Positions 53,477-64,000 of a stretch of 64,000 bases of DNA are shown piece by piece. This stretch comes from Squalus acanthias. Taxonomy: Eukaryota. The position numbers were made by a program, and so were the translations under genes. Location: positions 56,360,001 through 56,424,000 of the forward strand of contig CM059432.1 in assembly GCA_030390025.1 (NCBI GenBank), written 5' to 3'. How positions within the stretch are numbered: the stretch's first letter is position 1; each line of letters begins with the position of its first letter. Below the pieces are notes generated by a model, which was not told the origin of the DNA, made no database searches, and was given only the letters and a program-made list of their open reading frames with translations.

Positions 53477-53765
53477 ACAACAACTTGTGCCTTTAACGTA
53501 GTGAAAGCTCCCAAGGTGCTTCACTGGAGCATTATCCAACAAAATTTGACACCGAGCCACATGAGATATTAGGATAGATGACCAAAAAAGTCAGAGGTAC
53601 GTTTTTAAGGAGGTGAGAGAGGTGAAGAGGTTTAAGAGGGGAATTCCAGAGCTTAGGGCTCTGGCAGCTGCAGGCATGACGACCAATGGTGGAGCGATTA
53701 AAATCGGGGATGCGCAAGAGGCCAGAATTGGAGGAGCGCCGAGATCTCCAAGGGTTGTAGGAGAC
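53477..53765 (-). mobile_element. L2-like 3' remnant
   Basis: ACAACAACTTG tail. Reverse complement of the element at 55345-56250. Confidence 0.7.
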
Positions 53766-53974
53766 CGCATATAAGAGAATCTCGTTATGCTGATGACTTT
53801 CAGAAATGAGGTTGCTTGCATGAAAAGTAAATCAGTATTTTAATGGTAATAATTTGAGATTTTTAAAAATTCTACAAACTTAGTACATAGTCATGTCTCA
53901 TCTTTATGGATAATCTTTCTGAAAAAGGATTACTGTTTTGGAATTCAAGATTTGTGGTTTTCTTGCTGGCATCC

Positions 53975-54100
53975 CTGGTAGGGACAGTGACCACCTGAGA
54001 TACTCAGATATGGAAGGTCGCAGATTCAATCCCTAGCCTTTGTGCTGAGTTAGGTGATCTTGGCCTGGGTGCAATAGTGGCGTTACAATTTGCTACATTG
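53975..54100 (+). mobile_element. Probable tRNA-derived SINE remnant
   Basis: B-box-like GATTCAATCC followed by TGTGCTGAGTTAGGTGATCT. Degenerate. Confidence 0.4.
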
Positions 54101-55344
54101 GGATCATTATCTATGTCTGACTTTGAACCCCGATCTGTTTTATCCGCGATGAACAGTGCGCGTATGATCTTGGCGGCACTCCCTCTGACGGAATGAGGTT
54201 AACTATGGTATGTGTCCTTTGTGCAGCTACCCCGGGTCATTCAAACCAGATTAAATCCCTCAATCTTCACACACACTTCCACAACAGAGAGTGAGAGAGT
54301 TAAAGGGAGAGAAAAGGAAAGGCAGAGATGGTTCTGGGATAGGAGAGTGAGAGATTGAGGGATAGCCTTTCTGTTCAACACTCCCTCCTGCCCCAAACAT
54401 GGCCCCATTCCCACTCTTTTACCACCTTTTCTAGCTTTCACCTTAAACACCAATGTTGTCCTGCAACTTGCTACTCACTCCTACAACCTCATAACTTCCT
54501 GCACTTTCCTACTGCCTTCTACTTCTCCTGCCATGAATGCCCTTGCCTCCCCACCACAGTACTGCCAGGCTCCAAAAGCACCCCCTCAATATTATTCAAC
54601 CCAGTACGATCAAACCCAGCACCACTGCCCCAGAATGTATAAACTACAGAGTCCCCCACTATGGCCAATCTCATGAGCCCCCCTACCCTACTGTTGGTAT
54701 ATATACTTCTTGCATACCTAAGCTCTGAAAATGTTGTAATCATCCCCCAAACATTCTTATTCTTTAAAAAGCATATAATTTATCTGCCATGAAGTCTATG
54801 GAGAAACGAAGACTCAAAGGGTACCAAGGAGCAGGTGGAACTCTTGAACCATCTGTTCCCCCCCCCCCCCCCCCCCAAGCAAAGATACTGGAACAGAGTA
54901 TTGTATGGACATTGTGAATTTGGGTCTGCATAGCTATCTAATAGGGTACAGTGGTGACAGTTGCTCGCTTAAGCAGTCAGGTTGCCTGCTTTTTTTAACG
55001 GAAGTTGACTCCCACTGTTCTGTATTTGCTAGTGCAGTAATGGGACTCCAGAGTGTAACAATAACACTCCCTTGTGATCTAGTCCAGATCTTTTTGTCTT
55101 AACCACATGTAACTTCATTAATCTCTCTCTGAAGGTGGATCAAATTAACATTAGGCGAGGTGCCATTTGGTACGGTTCAGAAACTGCTTGATTCTACAGT
55201 AGGGAAAAACAGAACGAACGCTAAGTATGATGAAAGTTAGTTGGCACAATCACAGTTTCGCACACGAAATTTAACATTGAAAAAGCCGGTCCTGGGATGC
55301 GCGGGACCGGCAGAGAACCGCGCGGCTATGCAGCTTATAGGAAG

Positions 55345-56250
55345 TGTTGCCTACAACTCTGAGATCGTTACGCTCCTCCAGTTCTGGCCTCTTGCGCTTA
55401 TCCAATTTTAATCGCTCCACCATTGGCGGGCGTGCGTTCAGCTGTTTTGGCCCTAAGCTCTGGAATTCCCACCCTAAACCTCTTTACACCTCTCTCTCCT
55501 CCTTTAAGACACTCCTTAACACTTACCCCTTTGACCAAGCTTTTGGTCACCTGTCCTATTGGGCCGTAATTTGCGGCCCCTACGGGTGCGTACGAGATGC
55601 ACATGTACCTGTCGGGGCCTCGCAAGTTCCGGGTTTAGGCATGCGCCTCGCGTGCGCTAAAACCCGGAACTTGTGATCTGTCAAGAATTCTGCCGGGAAA
55701 AGGACATCTGCGGGCGGAGAGTTGGGCTATTTGCCTGTAAAATTCTTATGCCTGGTAAAAGTTTATTTTTCGCCCCTTTGAAACATGTAAATTTATTTTT
55801 CAAAAAATTTAATTTTTGTTTTAAATATTTAATTAAATGCCATTTTAACTAAGTTTTTTTGAAATATATGTGTATTTTTGGGGGTGTTCCCATTCATACT
55901 TAGGAAGGTTCCATATGTACGGGATCCCCTTCTGTCATTCATTGGGCCGGCCCACGTGATCCCAGGTGCGCTTGCGATCCGCCTGCACCTTTGGGGTACG
56001 TGGGCCTCTATGCATGTGGAGACCCAGGAGCGCGAGTCTCCGTGGTTCCCGAGGCAGAAGGGAAGTTCGTAGATTTTTTTGCTGGTCGGAAGCATCCGGC
56101 CGCAGGAAACCTCCAACCGCAAATTCAGGCCCAATATCTCCTTGTGTGGCTTGTTGTCAAATTCTGTTTGATAACACTCCTGTGATGCACTTTGGGACAT
56201 TTTACTACATTAGAGGCACTTATATAAATGCAAGTTGTTGTTGTTTAGCA
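55345..56250 (+). mobile_element. L2-like 3' remnant split by a MITE
   Basis: LRSLRSSSSGLL..GGRAFS..PKLWNS C-terminus and TATATAAATGCAAGTTGTTGTTG tail. Confidence 0.75.
55561..56132. mobile_element. MITE with 16-bp TIRs and imperfect 3-bp TSD
   Basis: TIRs GGGCCGTAATTTGCGG and CCGCAAATTCAGGCCC, flanked by ATT and AAT. Confidence 0.85.
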
Positions 56251-56811
56251 GCCTGCTGCTGCCTACCTTTGCAGCCTTTTTGCTGCTTGAACTGACTATC
56301 TTCTGGTGTCTGTTTTGATTCTTAAAAAACTTCCCTTAAAAGACTGGGAGAGATCAAAGAAATTTGTCAAGCCCAAGATGCTCGATGTTTCCTGAATCAT
56401 GAGACATTGCGAACAAATGAACCATTATTTGTGATTTGTCCAAGGCAACTGCCCAACCTGTGTTTAAATCACCTCTTATCTGCCTATGAACGGTCAACCA
56501 GAATGGGACTGTCTGAGGAAGATACTCCCTTTCATGCAAGCTTCTGCCCAAAACACATCAAAATCACATGTCCAAATCATTTTTGTGGATGAATGGCTGA
56601 AGAATTATGGACAATGACGATGGATTTTGTAGCTCCACAAGGAATCCTGCATGAGCTTTGGCAGAAGAAAGTTGGTCCTATTTTACATAATCTGCTGGTG
56701 TTCTGTATACAGCCCCACCATTTCCTTTACCTGTATCTCCAGGAGTCCCTTTCTTCAGAAGGTACACACCAAGATTTTTTCCAAACATTCAAGGGGAAGT
56801 TGGCCACTCAA

Positions 56812-56985
56812 ATCTGTGTATGTAGAGCACTGAGCACAGACCTATAAAGCCAGGGGTATCTGTGTATGTAGAGCACTGAGCACAGACCTATAAAGCCAGG
56901 GGTATCTGTGTATGTAGAACACTGAGCACAGACCTATAAAGCCAGGGGTATCTGTGTATGTAGAACACTGTGCACAGACCTATAA
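56812..56985. repeat. 46-bp minisatellite, about 3.8 copies
   Basis: ATCTGTGTATGTAGAGCACTGAGCACAGACCTATAAAGCCAGGGGT units start at 56812, 56858, 56904 and 56950. Confidence 0.95.
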
Positions 56986-58584
56986 TCTGCATAATATAGC
57001 TGAATTTTGATGATCTAAAGTATTTCCCACTTTTTGGTCCTTTTGATAGCCTTGTGAAGCATATGTCACAAACTAGCTCTGTGACACTTGCCTCACTATC
57101 TGTTACGTTGTTATCCTTGTGAAGCTCATCGAGTAGTGCACTTTTTTATTCCCATCTAGTTGGTTTTCTTTTCTGGTAAACAGGATCCTGAACTAAATGA
57201 ACAACACTTATTTTGCATGTGGAAAACTACTGATCATTCCACAAAAAGACTTCTATTTGTATAGCACTTTATGTTTCAGAAATATCTCAAAAGCACTCAA
57301 CATACAATTAATTACTTTGAATTGCAGTAACTGTTGTACTTACTGCAAGCAGAAGAAGACCAAGTAATGACTACTTGAGCAGACTCAGAGTTGGCCCTGT
57401 CTCAGGACTAGAAACAACAGTTTCAGTCCTTGAATGCATTCTATAAGGTTTAATAAGTGACTGTGGTTTTGTTATACATCTTGAGAAATTTCATGAGGGT
57501 GATTTCCATTTGACAGTGAATACGAGAAAACCCGGAACAATGTTCTTTAGCAGGACAAATTTCACCACAAAAGCTTGGAGTGTCACATTGATCCAGGGTT
57601 TGTTTTTGTTCTTGTGATGTGGGCAACACTGGTAAAGCCACATTTATTGCTCATCTAGTTGCCCAAAGAGAATAGTGGTGGTGATGGTAGGCCACCTTCT
57701 TGAACTGTTGCAGTCCTTGTAGTGATGGTACTCCCATGATTGTGCTGGAAAGGAAGTCCCAGGATAAAGACCCAACGACCATTAAAGAATAGCGATATAT
57801 GTCCAAGTCAGGTTGTTGTGTTCCATTTGGGCCTCCTAGGCAACTGCATATCTTTAGGAAGCTCCATGGAAAACAGCACAGCGCTACTACTTCAGACCAG
57901 CTTTAGAGTAATGGCTCTGAGAAACAACATAACAGGCCAGGGATGCAGATTTATGCCTATAGCTCGCTTTTTCTGGCAACTGAAGCAAACAGACAATAGT
58001 TATACTATTCGAGAACATTTACTGAACTCTAGTCTTAACTATGGGTTAGAGGAAATCCTTTCAGTAGTACCATAAAGCAAAAAACTCAAGCTTCCTTGAC
58101 TAACTCTAGCTAGAAATGAATGCAATGAAATGTATTACTTGGCCTTAATGCGGCATATCGGCAACAAAATCCAGTGCAAACTTGTTTACGTAGGTGGACA
58201 GGGAAGACTACATCTAACTAATTCTGGGATGAATATCAACTTCTAAACTAATTTCAATTGTACTAGGTAATTATTGTGCTCACATACTATTCATCACGCA
58301 CCAAATATCAGTAAACATTGTTGTGAAAGCCCTAATGTAGCACCAAATAATAGGGTATTGAACTGCTTCTAAACAAACTCCAGAGACTTTTGTATCTCTC
58401 CACTAGTATATAAAATTTTTTTTGTATCTTAATGCAATTACGTTAACTTTTTCCATTATGAAATCAAAGTCCATATTTATAATGGAAACTGCCTATGTAA
58501 ATTCATCACGCTGTAATTGCACACTCTCTTCATTGGATGCATTGCCATTTAACCACTGGCCTGAGGGTATAAGTATATCATGAC

Positions 58585-59305
58585 AGCACCTCCACTGCGA
58601 AAGACAGAGCTAAGCGATCCCACAATCAATGGATCAGATCAAAGCTGTGCAGTCCTGCCACATCCAGTCGTGAATGGTGGTGGATCATTAAACAACTAAC
58701 TGGAGGAGGAGGCTCCGTGAATATCCCCATCCTCAATGATGGTGGAGCCCAGCAAGTGAGTGCAAAAGACAAGGCTGAAGCGCTTGCAACCATCTTCAGC
58801 CAGAAGTGCGGAGTGGATGATCCATGTCGGCCTCTTCCTGAGGTCCCCACCACCACAGATGCCAGTCTTCAGCCAATTCGATTCACTCCACGTGATATCA
58901 AGAAACAGCTGAGTGCACTGGATACAGCAAAGGCTGTGGGCCCCGACAACATCCCGACTGTCGTGCTGAAGATGTGCTCCAGAACTAGCCGTGCCTCTAG
59001 CCAAGCTGTTCCAGTACAGCTATAACACTGGCATCTATCCGACAATGTGGAAAACTGCCCAGGTATGTCCTGTCCATAAAAAGCAGGACAAATCCAATCT
59101 GGCCAATTACCGGCCCATCAGTCTACTCTCAATCATCAGCAAAGTGATGGAAGGTGTCGTTGACAGTGTTATCAAGCAGCACTTACTCACCAATAACCTG
59201 CTCACTGATGCCCAGTTTGGGTTCTGCCAGGACCACTCAGCTCCAGACCTCATTACAGCCTTGCTCTAAACATGGATAAAAGAGCTGAATTCCAGAGGTG
59301 AGGGC
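58585..59305 (+). mobile_element. Internal RT fragment of a divergent CR1-group LINE
   Basis: KAVGPDNIP and WKTAQVCPVHKK..NYRPISLLSIISKVME..QFGF motifs. Possibly the same family as 36665-37283 (inference). Confidence 0.8.
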
Positions 59306-61166
59306 ATGTGTTGCATCTTTTACCTCCACCATTTCCACTGTCCAGGGCTGGACTGGAAACAGCTACTTGAAGGTAAATCCGTGTCCGAGCAGTGGGAGGC
59401 ATTCAAGGAGGAGATAGTGAGGGTTCAGTGCAAATATGTTCCCACAAAGAAAAAGGGTGGGACTCTCAAATCTAGAGGCCCCTGGATGTCGAGGGGCATA
59501 TAGGGTAGGATAAGGCAAAAAAGGGAAACTTATGTCAGAAACCGAGGGCTCAATACTGCAGAAAGCCTAAAGAACTATATAAAGTGCAGGGGTGAAATTA
59601 AAAGGGAAATTAGGAAAGCAAAGAGAGGGCATGAAAAAATATTGGCAAGTAAAATCAAGGAAAACCCAAAGATGTTTTATAAATACATAAAGAGCAAGAG
59701 ATGAACTAAAGAAAGAGTAGGGCCCATTAGAGGCCAAAAAGGAAGCTTGTGTGTGGAGGCGGAAGACGTGGGTATGGTTCTTAATGAGTACTTTGCATCT
59801 GTCTTCACAAAAGAGAGGGACGATGCAGACATTGTAGTTAAGGAGGAGGAGTGTGAAATATTAGATGAGATAAACATAGTGAGAGAGGAAGTATTAAGGG
59901 GTTTAGCATCTTTGAACGTAGATAAATTGCCAGGCCCGGATGAAATGTATCCCAGGCTGTTAAGAGAAGCAAGGGAGGAAATAAAACAAAATAGTAAAAT
60001 ATTTTACAGGCACATCAATTTAAAAAAAGGAAGGTTGGGATGGGCATAGGGTCATTAAGGGATGGCAGGACAATACCACAGGTAACGATAGGGAGATTGG
60101 CACAAATATTAAATCATTATTTTGCTTCGGTATTTACCAGGGAGATAGAACAGGTGGACATGAGATTGAATAATGAGATGATTAATGAGAAGTGCATTTA
60201 AAATAGAAAAAAAGGGGGATATATTAAATAAACTAATCAAACTGAAAGAGGATAAAACCCCTGGTCCGGATGGATTGCATACACGCATTTTAAAAGAATC
60301 TAGGGAAGAGATCGCAGAGGCATTATTACACATATTTAATAATTCGTTAGAAAAAAGTGTAGTGCCAGAGGACTGGCAGATAGCTAATGTAATATATATA
60401 TTTAAGAAGTGGGATAGAACATGTCCAGGGAATTATAGACCAGTCAGCTTCACATCGGTGGTAGGAAAAATAATGGAATCCCTACTAAAGGAGAGAATAG
60501 AAGAACATCTAGAAACTAAAAGTATAATGATGAATAGTCAGCATGGATTTCAAAAGGGAAAATCTTGCTTGACCAACCTTATTGAATTTTTTGAAGAGGT
60601 AACAGAGAGAGTAGACAATGGTAATGCAGTAGATTTTCAAAAGGCCTTCGATAAGGTACCCCATAATAGATTAATGAATAAGGTCAGAGAATGCGGAGTC
60701 AGGGGACAAGTAGCAGAATGGATTGCTAGCTGGCTTCAAGACAGAATTGAGAGGTCGCACAACACCAGGTTATAGTCCAACAGTTTTATTTGAAATCACA
60801 GCTTTCGGAGCTATCGATTGCTCCTTCCTCAGGTGAAGTAAATTAGATACAGAATCGCCAAAGCATATATAGATAGAGAACAAAGCATGTGTACCTTACA
60901 ATTGCAGACCACTAAATTAAATCATCCTGACTATCTGCCGAGGTGTGATAAAGTTAATTAAGTCAGCCAGGAAGGTACCACATCAAAGACATAGCAAGAT
61001 ACAACTGAGACAATGAGGTGCAGTCGCAGGGGTTCTAACGTGTCAAAAGCTGCCGTCTGTATGTAAAACGAAAAGCTTTAAAATTTTTACTTTTTTACTG
61101 GGAAAATTTTTACTTTTTTACTGGGAATCACATCTGTGAACAAGCCAACGACGACTCGCGTCCGGA

Positions 61167-61931
61167 TCACGTCATGTATCGTGACATAAACCCAAGATCC
61201 CGGTTGAGACCGTCTTCATGAGTGCGGAACTTGGCTATCAGTTTCTGCTCGATGATTTTGCGTTGTCGTGTGTTTCTAAGGTTGCCTTGGAGAACGCTTA
61301 CCCGCAGATCCGAGGCTGAATGTCCTTGACTGCTGAAGTGTTCCCCGACTGGGAGGTAACAATCCTGCCTGGCGATTGTTGCGCGGTGCTCGTTCATACG
61401 TTGTCTCAGTGTCTGCATGGTCTCGCCGATGTACCATGCCGCGGTGCATTCTTTCCTGCAACGTATGAGGTAGACAACGTTGGCCGAGTCACATGAGTAT
61501 GTACCATGTACCTGGTGGGTAGTGTCCTCACGTGTGATGGTGGTATCTGTGTTGATGATCTGGCATGTCTTGCAGAGTTTGCCATGGCAGGGTTGTGTGG
61601 TGTCGTGGTCGCTGTTATCCTGAAAGCTGGGTAATTTGCTGCGAACGATGGTACTTCTGAGGTTAGGCGGCTGTTTGAAGGCAAGTAGTGGAGGCGTGGG
61701 GATGGCCATAGCGAGGTGTTTGTCGTCATCGATGACATGTTGAAGGCTGCGAAGAACATGGCGTAGTTTCTCCGCTCCGGGGAAGTACTGGACGACGTAG
61801 GGTACCCTGTTGGTTGTGTCCCGTGTTTGCCTTCTGAGGAGGTCTATGCGATTTTTCGCTGTGGCCCGTCGGAACTGTCGATCGATGAGTCGAGCGTCAT
61901 ATCCCGTTCTTACGAGGGCATTTTTCAGCGT
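61167..61931 (-). CDS. Penelope-like ORF C-terminus: RT thumb, Cys linker and GIY-YIG endonuclease (5'-truncated, open)
   Basis: The frame is open from the truncation point (TLKNALVRTGYD..). Contains PCHGKLCKTC, NVVYLIRC..C..YIGET..LRQRMNEH, VGEHF..H and R...E..LI..F...GLNRD. Confidence 0.9.
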   Translation of the reverse strand, partial: TLKNALVRTGYDARLIDRQFRRATAKNRIDLLRRQTRDTTNRVPYVVQYFPGAEKLRHVLRSLQHVIDDDKHLAMAIPTPPLLAFKQPPNLRSTIVRSKLPSFQDNSDHDTTQPCHGKLCKTCQIINTDTTITREDTTHQVHGTYSCDSANVVYLIRCRKECTAAWYIGETMQTLRQRMNEHRATIARQDCYLPVGEHFSSQGHSASDLRVSVLQGNLRNTRQRKIIEQKLIAKFRTHEDGLNRDLGFMSRYMT

Positions 61932-62166
61932 CCGTTTTACATACAGACAGCAGCTTTTGACACGTTAGAACCCCTGCGACTACACCTCATTGTCTCAGTT
62001 GTATCTTGCTATGTCTTTGATGTGGTACCTTCCTGGCTGACTTAATTAACTTTATCACACCTCGGCAGATAGTCAGGATGATTTAATTTAGTGGTCTGCA
62101 ATTGTAAGGTACACATGCTTTGTTCTCTATCTATATATGCTTTGGCGATTCTGTATCTAATTTACT

Positions 62167-62208
62167 TCACCTGAGGAAGGAGCAATCGATAGCTCCGAAA
62201 GCTTGTGA
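62167..62208 (+). ncRNA. Minimal type I hammerhead ribozyme motif in pLTR
   Basis: TCAC-CTGAGGA-AGGAGC-AATCGATA-GCTCC-GAAA-GC-TT-GTGA: conserved core, stems I and II, and a palindromic AAGCTT stem III. Confidence 0.8.
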
Positions 62209-62652
62209 TTTCAAATAAAACTGTTGGACTATAACCTGGTGTTGTGCGACCTCTCAATTTTGTCCACCCCAGTCCAACACCGGCATCTCCGCTTCAAGAC
62301 AGAAAGCAGAGAGTGGGAGTAAAGGGTAGCTATTCACAGTGGCAAAAGTTGGGTAGTGGTGTTCCACAAGGATCGGTGCTGGGACCACTGCTGTTCACAA
62401 TTTACATTAAACGATTTAGACTTTGGAATCAAAAACACAATTTCTAAATTTGCGGATGATACCAAATTGGGGGGGGATAGTCAATACTGAGGACTGCAAC
62501 AAATTACAGGAGGACATTAATAAACTTGCAGAATGGGCAAATAATTGGCAAATGAAGTTCAACACAGACAAATGTGAGGTATTACATTTTGGTAGGAAGA
62601 ATAGGGAGGTCACATCACTTGGAGGGTGTGAGTCTAGGTGGGGTATAACAAA

Positions 62653-62861
62653 TGTGAGAAGTCGCACAACACCAGGTTATAGTCCAACAGTTTTATTTGA
62701 AATCACGAGCTTTCGGAGCGCTGCTCCTTCATCAGGTCACTGACGAAGGAGCAGCGCTCCGAAAGCTTGTGATTTCAAATAAAACTGTTGGACTATAACC
62801 TGGTGTTGTGCGACTTCTCACATTTGTCCACCCCAGTCCAACACCGGCATCTCCACATCAT
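62653..62861. mobile_element. 209-bp palindromic pLTR-only Penelope derivative with two hammerhead cores
   Basis: Arms 62648-62735 and 62740-62827, a 4-nt spacer, tail to 62861, and a 12-bp TSD GGGTATAACAAA (62641-62652 and 62862-62873). Confidence 0.9.
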
Positions 62862-64000
62862 GGGTATAACAAAGGGATCTCTGAGTACAAATACACAAAT
62901 CACAAAGTTGCACCACAGGTTAGCAAGGCTATTAAATATGCAAACCAAGCACTAGGGTTTATTTCTGGAGGGATAGAATTGAAAATTAGGAAAGTTATGC
63001 TGAACCTGTATTGAACCTTGGTTAGACCACACTTCGAATACTGTGTACAGTCTGGTCACCATATTATAAAAAGGATATAGAGGCACTGGAGAGGGTGCAG
63101 AGAAGATTTACAAGGATGATACCAGAAATGCGAGGGGATATATTATCAGGAAAGGATGAACAGGCTGGGTCTCTTTTCTCTTGAAAAAAGAAGGCTGAGG
63201 GGTGACCTAATAGAGGTCTATAAAATTATGAGGTTTTGATAGTGGATACAGGGAGAATGTTTCCACTTGTGGGGAAGAGCATAACTAGAGGCCATCAATA
63301 TAAGATAGTCACCAAGAAATCCAATAGGAAATTCAGAAGAAACTTCTTCACCCAAAGAGTGGTGAGAATGTAGAACTCACTACCACAGGGAGTGGTTGAA
63401 GCGAATAATATAGATGCATTTAAGGGGAGGCTGGACAAACATCTGAGGGAGAAGGGAATAGAGGGTTATGCTGATAGATTTAGATGAGGAAAGACGAGAG
63501 GAGGCGCGAGTGGGGCATAAACACCGGCATGGACTAGTTGGGCCGAATGGCCTGTTTCTGTGCCGTTCATCCTATGAAATAGCAGAGGCTCTGACCATCA
63601 TTTTTCAATCCTCTTTGGTTACAGGTGTGGTACTGGAGGACTGCTAACGTTGTACCGTTGTTTAAAAAGGGAGAAAGAGATAGACCGAGTAATTAAAGGC
63701 CAGTCAGCCTAACCTCGGTGGTGGGCAAATTGTTGGAAAAAAATTCTGAGGGGCAGTATTATTCGTCATTTAGAAAGGCACAGATTAATAAAAGACAGTC
63801 GGCATGGACTTGTTAAGGGAAGGTCGTGTCTGACTAACTTGATTGAATTTTTTGAGGAGGTAACAAGGAGAGTTGATGAGGGTAGTGTGTTTGATGTAGT
63901 CTACATGGATTTCAGCAAGGCCTTTGACAAGGTCCCACATGGCAGACTGGTCAGAAAAGTCAAAGCCCATGGGATCCAAGGGAAAGTGGCAAGTTGGATC

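Larger units (their letters stand above)
60747..62290 (-). mobile_element. Penelope-like element (Neptune-type), 5'-truncated, with inverted pLTRs and tail
   Basis: About 324-bp inverted repeats (60747-61070 and 61933-62257), a 33-nt tail at 62258-62290, a 14-bp TSD GCTTCAAGACAGAA (60733-60746 and 62291-62304), and a GIY-YIG ORF. Confidence 0.93.
59984..63575 (+). mobile_element. Nested CR1 carrying two Penelope-like insertions
   Basis: RT ORF 60185-60775, continuing at 62291-62652 and 62862-63575 with a 3' stem-loop. Confidence 0.9.
59345..64000 (+). mobile_element. CR1 (linker and RT) interrupted by a nested CR1, running off the window
   Basis: 59345-59983 and 63576-64000 are collinear with the CR1 at 44265-45199. 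GAAATA TSD at 59978-59983 and 63576-63581. Confidence 0.9.

Noticed and set aside
56812..56985. Regularly spaced repeats resembling a CRISPR array
   Set aside because: There are no unique spacers (head-to-tail tandem units), no cas genes, and the context is a eukaryotic intron.

Overview
Eukaryotic intronic DNA, most likely from a cartilaginous fish (shark). The taxon is inferred from the repeat families, not proven. The host gene is TRAPPC9 (NIBP) on the + strand, with three phase-compatible internal coding exons (8214-8340, 30505-30637, 51730-51893) separated by introns of about 21-22 kb. By my coordinates roughly 60% of the window is recognisable transposon DNA. It includes many CR1 LINEs (several nested, two with 5'UTR and ORF1), L2 and DeuSINE-like remnants, a family of GGG/CCC-ended MITEs with 3-bp TSDs, a solo LTR split by a near-intact CR1, and Penelope-like elements carrying minimal hammerhead ribozymes. 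Almost all ORFs in the supplied track are LINE fragments, their antisense shadows or junction chimeras. Best leads: (1) a T_TTA_AAC slippery heptamer at the ORF1/ORF2 junction of four different CR1 copies, correctly phased where the frame can be read directly, suggesting programmed -1 frameshifting; (2) hammerhead-bearing Penelope insertions, including a 209-bp palindromic mini-element with a fold-back tail; (3) a covarying hairpin in the MITE family.
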